The notes beneath the pieces were generated by a model. It saw nothing but the letters and a program-made list of their open reading frames with translations, searched no databases and had not been told where the DNA came from. Of a stretch of 64,000 nt of DNA, positions 60,494 to 64,000 are shown piece by piece. Source of the DNA: an uncultured Lentimicrobiaceae bacterium (GTDB lineage Bacteria > Bacteroidota > Bacteroidia > Bacteroidales > WCHB1-69); the NCBI GenBank assembly GCA_964653595.1, contig CAZZHH010000003.1, positions 37,957 to 101,956 of the forward strand, given 5' to 3'. The translations under genes were made by a program, and so were the position numbers. How positions within the stretch are numbered: position 1 is the stretch's first letter; the number at the start of each line of letters is the position of its first letter.

Positions 60494-60922
60494 TTAATAG
60501 GTCTTTCTGCTCATGTAGCGATCGAAATCGTCCGTATAATGGATATTGATGCATCCAGATTCTTTAGCGGTTTTAATGAACAGCGTATCTAACTCGTTTA
60601 GTGTGCTAACGGGAATGGCATAATCAAATTGCTCTTGAGTCACTCTTCTGTTAAACCATTCGGCATTACTATTTTTCCCGTTGACGTAGTTGACGTATTC
60701 GGCTTTAGTCATAAACTCAATGGCATAAGGTTCACAATCAGTACCCCCGCATTGCTCTATCGACTGCAAAGGGTCGGAAGCGGTAATCATAATGACACCA
60801 GCAAAATATCCACTTCGCCCGACACGGCGTATATAAAGATCATCACAGAATTCTTCTTTGTTTAACTCAACTGTTTTGAGCTGAAAAGAGGCGGAAGAAC
60901 TAAGTACGGAAACGGTAATCAT
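60494..60922 (-). CDS. hypothetical protein (142 aa)
   Basis: GGAG SD; leader shares a block with that of 54402..55073; 17-bp-stem terminator. Confidence 0.7.
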   Translation of the reverse strand: MITVSVLSSSASFQLKTVELNKEEFCDDLYIRRVGRSGYFAGVIMITASDPLQSIEQCGGTDCEPYAIEFMTKAEYVNYVNGKNSNAEWFNRRVTQEQFDYAIPVSTLNELDTLFIKTAKESGCINIHYTDDFDRYMSRKTY

Positions 60923-61050
60923 AATATACTACTCCAATAAGGATTTTTTAACTTCACTACATAACTACAACCAAGTAGGAACTTTATTCACAAAAGATGA
61001 ATTTTTTTCTTAACTATGTTGATTTTTTGTTCCAGAAAATACCTGGACGA

Positions 61051-61067
61051 TTTTGCATGGGGTACAC
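61051..61067 (+). repeat. 17-mer copy (variant)
   Basis: TTTTGCATGGGGTACAC. Confidence 0.55.
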
Positions 61068-61075
61068 AAAGATTT

Positions 61076-61099
61076 CAGGCGGGAAGAAATTCCCGCCTG
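61076..61099 (-). terminator. terminator after 61111..61698
   Basis: CAGGCGGGAA-loop-TTCCCGCCTG. Confidence 0.75.
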
Positions 61100-61110
61100 T
61101 GAATGAATTC

Positions 61111-61698
61111 TTATTCCTTTACTCCAATTTTGTTCAATCCGAATTTTACGGCTTCCTCGAGTGTTTCAAAATCGTAATAAGATTCTGTATAAGCGTTTTC
61201 AATATCGTAAACATTCACTTGAAAGAATCTGTTTTGAATGTTCTTTTCAATCAACCTTAAAGAACTCTCAAGGAACTCCTTATCAATCTTTTCGAACATG
61301 CTACTTTTAACATCGTCTGGAGTTGAAAAAATAAATCCGATTACTTTTGAGATTGCCTGTTCTGTGCTAAAAAGAATATTGTCATTTGCATAAATCGGCA
61401 AATAGATACAGTTATTTTTAATTAAATGTTTTTCAAATTCCTCAACATTTTTAAAATCCATCATATTAAAGCCAGCAAGAGGATGATGATTAATACGGAA
61501 ATTATTATTCGGAAAATGCACAATGTGTACGCGTCTCAACGCCAACAATTCACCAATAGACTTTTTATACCCTGTGACTGTGAATATTTTGTTGTCTGTT
61601 GTTTCACGATGTAAAACACTGTTTGAGAAAAATTCCGTTAACATTTTATACTTTTCTTCCCAGTGTGATAAAGAATGATACGGCGTTACTCTTTCCAT
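61111..61698 (-). CDS. hypothetical protein, distant Fam-C-like
   Basis: NCIYLPIY...VIGFIFSTPDD...FFQVNVY resembles CIFLPVY...GFIYITRED...LYATVAY of Fam-C (weak). Confidence 0.75.
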   Translation of the reverse strand: MERVTPYHSLSHWEEKYKMLTEFFSNSVLHRETTDNKIFTVTGYKKSIGELLALRRVHIVHFPNNNFRINHHPLAGFNMMDFKNVEEFEKHLIKNNCIYLPIYANDNILFSTEQAISKVIGFIFSTPDDVKSSMFEKIDKEFLESSLRLIEKNIQNRFFQVNVYDIENAYTESYYDFETLEEAVKFGLNKIGVKE

Positions 61699-61778
61699 GA
61701 TTCTAATACCTTTTCTTGTTTTGGCTTTACCTGTACTTACAATTAAGATTGATTTTTATTCGCAAATATTTAATAAAA

Positions 61779-61810
61779 TTCAGGACGGGAGTTTTTGTTC
61801 CCGTCCTGAA
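61779..61810 (-). terminator. terminator after 61819..62124
   Basis: 12-bp stem TTCAGGACGGGA/TCCCGTCCTGAA then ATTTTATT. Confidence 0.75.
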
Positions 61811-61818
61811 TTCGTTTA

Positions 61819-62124
61819 TCACGCTACGCCGAACGTAAAATATTCATCCGCCGAAGTTCCAATTGGCATATTAGAATCTCCAGCGTTCTGCAATATTTTT
61901 CCATCCTTGGAGATTCGCACAATGGACACACCGAATTCCATTGACATATGGCACATTACAAACTCTTCAGGTTGCCAAACGAAATTCGCCCAGCCGCGAC
62001 GATATCCATTCGTTAAAGCGTTCTTATCGACCACTTCAAAACACTTTCTACCCTTATTCTCAAGCTCTGCATGAAATTCCTGTGCCGTCATAACTTTAGT
62101 AACTTCTCTTGTTGTGCCGTTCAT
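61819..62124 (-). CDS. Fam-I paralog (unknown function)
   Basis: VWQPEEFVMC..GVSIVRISKDGKIL...ADEYFTF aligns with 62827..63117. Confidence 0.7.
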   Translation of the reverse strand: MNGTTREVTKVMTAQEFHAELENKGRKCFEVVDKNALTNGYRRGWANFVWQPEEFVMCHMSMEFGVSIVRISKDGKILQNAGDSNMPIGTSADEYFTFGVA

Positions 62125-62223
62125 GTTGTGCCGTCCTTAGTTTTAATGTGAAGTTATCAGCTTCGCTATATACCTACAGTTAGGATAATTTTTTATTCAC
62201 CAATAATGAATTTTTTTATTCTG

Positions 62224-62238
62224 CAACCCCATGTAAAA
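62224..62238 (-). repeat. 17-mer half-site, opposite orientation
   Basis: + strand CAACCCCATGTAAAA. Confidence 0.4.
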
Positions 62239-62243
62239 AACAT

Positions 62244-62266
62244 AGGCGGGAAATTTCTTCCCGCCT
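62244..62266 (-). terminator. terminator after 62272..62652
   Basis: AGGCGGGAA-loop-TTCCCGCCT. Confidence 0.7.
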
Positions 62267-62271
62267 TGATT

Positions 62272-62652
62272 TTATTCTGTGACTGCCTTTGCCCAAGTTT
62301 TTATTAAATCCTCTTTAATTTCAGAAGTTTCTGCCGCATTCGCCGCACTGCATTGTTCGCCTGTTTTCCAATGATAAGAGTTTCGTGTCATTCTGTTGCA
62401 TATAAGTAATTGCGCTTTACAATCCATACGCAACATAGCGCGAATGTAATCATAAACATCAGGCTCAAAATCACCAAGCCGACTCAATGGTTTTGCCAAG
62501 AAAAACATTTTAACGTTTTCCGTGAGTGTTTTTTGATCCATGACAATTTCTTCAACTGCTATGTCAACATTTTCTGCATGGTCACCGTCATTTTCAAGCC
62601 GCTGAAGATAATGGTCATTGCCCACTACAATGTAAACGAATTCGTTATTCAT
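62272..62652 (-). CDS. hypothetical protein (126 aa)
   Basis: TAAGGAC SD; own promoter and terminator. Confidence 0.7.
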   Translation of the reverse strand: MNNEFVYIVVGNDHYLQRLENDGDHAENVDIAVEEIVMDQKTLTENVKMFFLAKPLSRLGDFEPDVYDYIRAMLRMDCKAQLLICNRMTRNSYHWKTGEQCSAANAAETSEIKEDLIKTWAKAVTE

Positions 62653-62775
62653 GTTAAAAACCGTCCTTATAAAAGTATGGCGAAGTATGTTCCCTGTCGC
62701 TCGCCGTATACATACAAACAGGAATATTTTTTATTCATCATTTTTTTCGCCAGATAATTATTTTTTTGATATGTT

Positions 62776-62790
62776 CCAACCCCATGTTAT
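62776..62790 (-). repeat. 17-mer half-site, opposite orientation
   Basis: + strand CCAACCCCATGTTAT. Confidence 0.35.
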
Positions 62791-62793
62791 ATA

Positions 62794-62822
62794 ATCGGAC
62801 GGTGAATTCTCCGCCGTCCGAT
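62794..62822 (-). terminator. terminator after 62827..63117
   Basis: ATCGGACGG(T)G-loop-C(G)CCGTCCGAT. Confidence 0.7.
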
Positions 62823-62826
62823 CTGC

Positions 62827-63117
62827 TTATCCTATCATTCTTAGGAATGTAAAGTATTTTTCTGCATTATCTCCCGCCTTGGCGGTTGTATCGCCGTTTA
62901 CATGCATGATCGTTCCATCTTTTGCAACTCTTACACTGAAGCCATTCTCTTCCATTCCGCGCACTACAAAACACTCGGGCTTCCATTCGCCACAAACACA
63001 AACATCGCCAGTCTTTAATTCTACAGCTTTAATATTTACATAATTACTGTAATCACTGCTGATTTCAAGCAGACTATGCGCCTGTGTTGGCGTTGCCCTT
63101 TCAATCTTTGTAAACAT
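62827..63117 (-). CDS. Fam-I paralog (unknown function)
   Basis: VCGEWKPECFVV..GFSVRVAKDGTIM...AEKYFTF; last (most upstream) minus-strand cassette left of the non-coding region (another minus-strand gene ends at 63901). Confidence 0.7.
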   Translation of the reverse strand: MFTKIERATPTQAHSLLEISSDYSNYVNIKAVELKTGDVCVCGEWKPECFVVRGMEENGFSVRVAKDGTIMHVNGDTTAKAGDNAEKYFTFLRMIG

Positions 63118-63157
63118 AATACCGTGACCTTTCTTTATGTGAATTTCTTAACTTCGC

Positions 63158-63192
63158 TATATACCTACAATTAAGTATTCGTTTTATTCAAA
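63158..63192 (-). promoter_or_regulatory. promoter module for 62827..63117
   Basis: TTGAATAAAACGAATACTTAATTGTAGGTAT. Confidence 0.55.
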
Positions 63193-63223
63193 ACTCATGA
63201 AGAAAAAACATTTCTGAATATGG

Positions 63224-63254
63224 CAATACAAACAGTAATTCTTTTTATTCAGAA
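63224..63254 (-). promoter_or_regulatory. second, upstream minus-strand promoter module
   Basis: CTGAATAAA-N12-TTGTATTGCC, 65 nt upstream of the previous one; no ORF of its own. Confidence 0.45.
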
Positions 63255-63292
63255 AACCCTGAAAATAAACATTTAAAAAACCCAAAAAACCT

Positions 63293-63323
63293 CATGAATA
63301 AAAATCCAAAAAGATTGTATACA
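63293..63323 (+). promoter_or_regulatory. plus-strand promoter module facing the non-coding repeat region
   Basis: ATGAATAAA-N12-TTGTATACAG in + orientation; no convincing ORF downstream. Confidence 0.5.
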
Positions 63324-63365
63324 GGGAAACGTAATGGGGCCGTGGAGGAAACCTAATGGCCGCCC

Positions 63366-63377
63366 CTGTTACCCCAC
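63366..63377 (-). repeat. 17-mer-like fragment
   Basis: + strand CTGTTACCCCAC inside the candidate + transcript. Confidence 0.3.
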
Positions 63378-63400
63378 CCCTCTAAAAACATCAAAAAATC

Positions 63401-63426
63401 TGGGGAAAACCCATTTTTTCTTTTTT
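63401..63426 (+). terminator. weak plus-strand terminator-like element
   Basis: TGGG-GAAAA-CCCA followed by TTTTTTCTTTTTT, ~75-100 nt downstream of the + promoter at 63293-63323. Confidence 0.3.
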
Positions 63427-63472
63427 AAAATTTCTTTTTATTTTCGCCCAGAAATTCTTCCCTATAGGTAAA

Positions 63473-63503
63473 GAAAAAATAATTTTGTAAAAACTTTCCT
63501 GTA
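63473..63503. repeat. ~30-nt direct repeat, copy 1
   Basis: GAAAAAATAATTTTGTAAAAACTTTCCTGTA; near-identical copy at 63859-63888. Confidence 0.7.
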
Positions 63504-63582
63504 ACCTCATTCACCCAATAGAATCCCCTTCACATTCCCTTTGTTCTACGCACAATTATTTGTGATCCCGCCAATCCACAAC

Positions 63583-63607
63583 TTTCCCTTCTTTCCCTTC
63601 TTTCCTT
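63583..63607. repeat. 9-mer tandem repeat (TTTCCCTTC x ~2.7)
   Basis: Read directly. Confidence 0.7.
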
Positions 63608-63616
63608 AAAGTCAAA

Positions 63617-63660
63617 CCGAATTCTTTCCGAATTCTTTCCGAATTCTTTCCGAACTTTCC
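63617..63660. repeat. 11-mer tandem repeat (CCGAATTCTTT x ~4)
   Basis: Three perfect copies plus a variant; helical-period spacing; each copy carries GAATTC. Confidence 0.8.
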
Positions 63661-63714
63661 ACGCGCCCACAATTCCCTTCCTTCTCAGGCCGTTTCTTTC
63701 TTTTCCCGATAACT

Positions 63715-63741
63715 TTCCCCTATCCTTCCCCTATCCTCCCC
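63715..63741. repeat. 11-mer tandem repeat (TTCCCCTATCC x ~2.5)
   Basis: Read directly. Confidence 0.7.
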
Positions 63742-63797
63742 AAAGAAACCCCTGAAATTGCCTTCTTTCCCGTATTCTTTCCATATAAAAAAAGACA

Positions 63798-63821
63798 GGC
63801 CTATGAAAAATACCATAGGCC
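63798..63821 (-). terminator. terminator after the gene entering from the right edge
   Basis: GGCCTATG-loop-CATAGGCC then TGTCTTTTTTT on the minus strand. Confidence 0.7.
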
Positions 63822-63858
63822 ATAATTCCTTCCCAGCAAAACTCCCCTTGGATACTTT

Positions 63859-63888
63859 GAAAAATAATTTTGTAAAAAGTTTTCTGTA
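63859..63888. repeat. ~30-nt direct repeat, copy 2
   Basis: GAAAAATAATTTTGTAAAAAGTTTTCTGTA. Confidence 0.7.
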
Positions 63889-63900
63889 CTTATATTCTTT

Positions 63901-64000
63901 TCAATCTGCATTGTATTTTCTTTTTAACTCATCTCGCCAAGACAGAAATATCAACTCATCATCGTGAATATAAAAATCTCCATAAATCTTTGCATTGATT
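63901..64000 (-). CDS. hypothetical protein, C-terminal 32 codons (gene enters from the right edge)
   Basis: Frame open from 64000 to TGA 63901-63903 (..IYGDFYIHDDELIFLSWRDELKRKYNAD); hairpin terminator 80 nt downstream. Confidence 0.45.
   Translation of the reverse strand, partial: INAKIYGDFYIHDDELIFLSWRDELKRKYNAD

Noticed and set aside
44677-62822. Recurrent ~22-nt GC-rich repeats (GGGGATTCATTTCTGAATCCCC and relatives) that could be mistaken for a CRISPR array
   Set aside because: The repeats are palindromic hairpins spaced 0.4-1.2 kb apart. Each interval holds a full gene with a promoter and SD. The stems vary, and U-rich tails follow them. They are intrinsic terminators, not CRISPR repeats, and no cas genes are present.
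11540-63323. Classical integron (attC-bounded, promoterless cassettes)
   Set aside because: No tyrosine-recombinase integrase, attI or Pc is visible. Cassettes carry their own promoters. The hairpins behave as RNA terminators, with a GNRA loop and strand-specific G-U pairs, rather than as attC folds. Only the cassette-array concept is analogous.
1-64000. Alternative genetic code or stop-codon reassignment
   Set aside because: Standard-code ORFs fill the sequence almost completely, with consistent SD-ATG starts and stops next to terminators or the next promoter. No in-frame stop pattern suggests recoding, apart from the single A8 frameshift.
1-64000. Integrated prophage or plasmid leading region
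   Set aside because: No integrase, att-like boundaries, host-type genes, relaxase or oriT features were seen. The ArdC-like genes alone do not distinguish phage from plasmid. The phage assignment rests on architecture and remains an inference.

Overview
AT-rich window that reads like the early or accessory arm of a large virulent phage (or phage-like element). The host appears to be a Shine-Dalgarno-using, low-GC (Firmicutes-type) bacterium. There are about 110 mostly small genes, and all but three are on the minus strand. I saw no rRNA, tRNA, CRISPR array, integrase, transposase or recognisable virion or replication genes. The left 11.5 kb is operon-like, with translationally coupled genes and many small membrane proteins. 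From 11.5 to 63.3 kb nearly every gene is its own cassette: a conserved promoter-like module (nTGAATAAA-N12/13-TTGTAnnAY, about 78 copies by eye), a GAAAGG-type SD and one ORF. Especially right of 41 kb, each cassette also ends in a GC-rich hairpin terminator, often with a GAAA loop. Right of 43.9 kb the spacers additionally carry an orientation-independent 17-mer (CTGTACCCCACGTAAAA, about 25 copies). Gene content is dominated by at least 18 paralogous families. These include an 8-member Fam-A and a 7-member Fam-B of unknown function, and 10 BspA-type LRR proteins. Recognisable products are an ankyrin-repeat protein, two ArdC-like and two Lar-like anti-restriction proteins, an RNA-ligase-type nucleotidyltransferase, a small radical SAM enzyme and an HTH protein. 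The window ends in a ~0.7-kb non-coding, pyrimidine-skewed repeat region at a point where transcription diverges. My main hypothesis is a recombining, promoter-bearing gene-cassette array that serves as an anti-defence or host-takeover arsenal. All homology calls are from motif recognition by eye; no database search was run.
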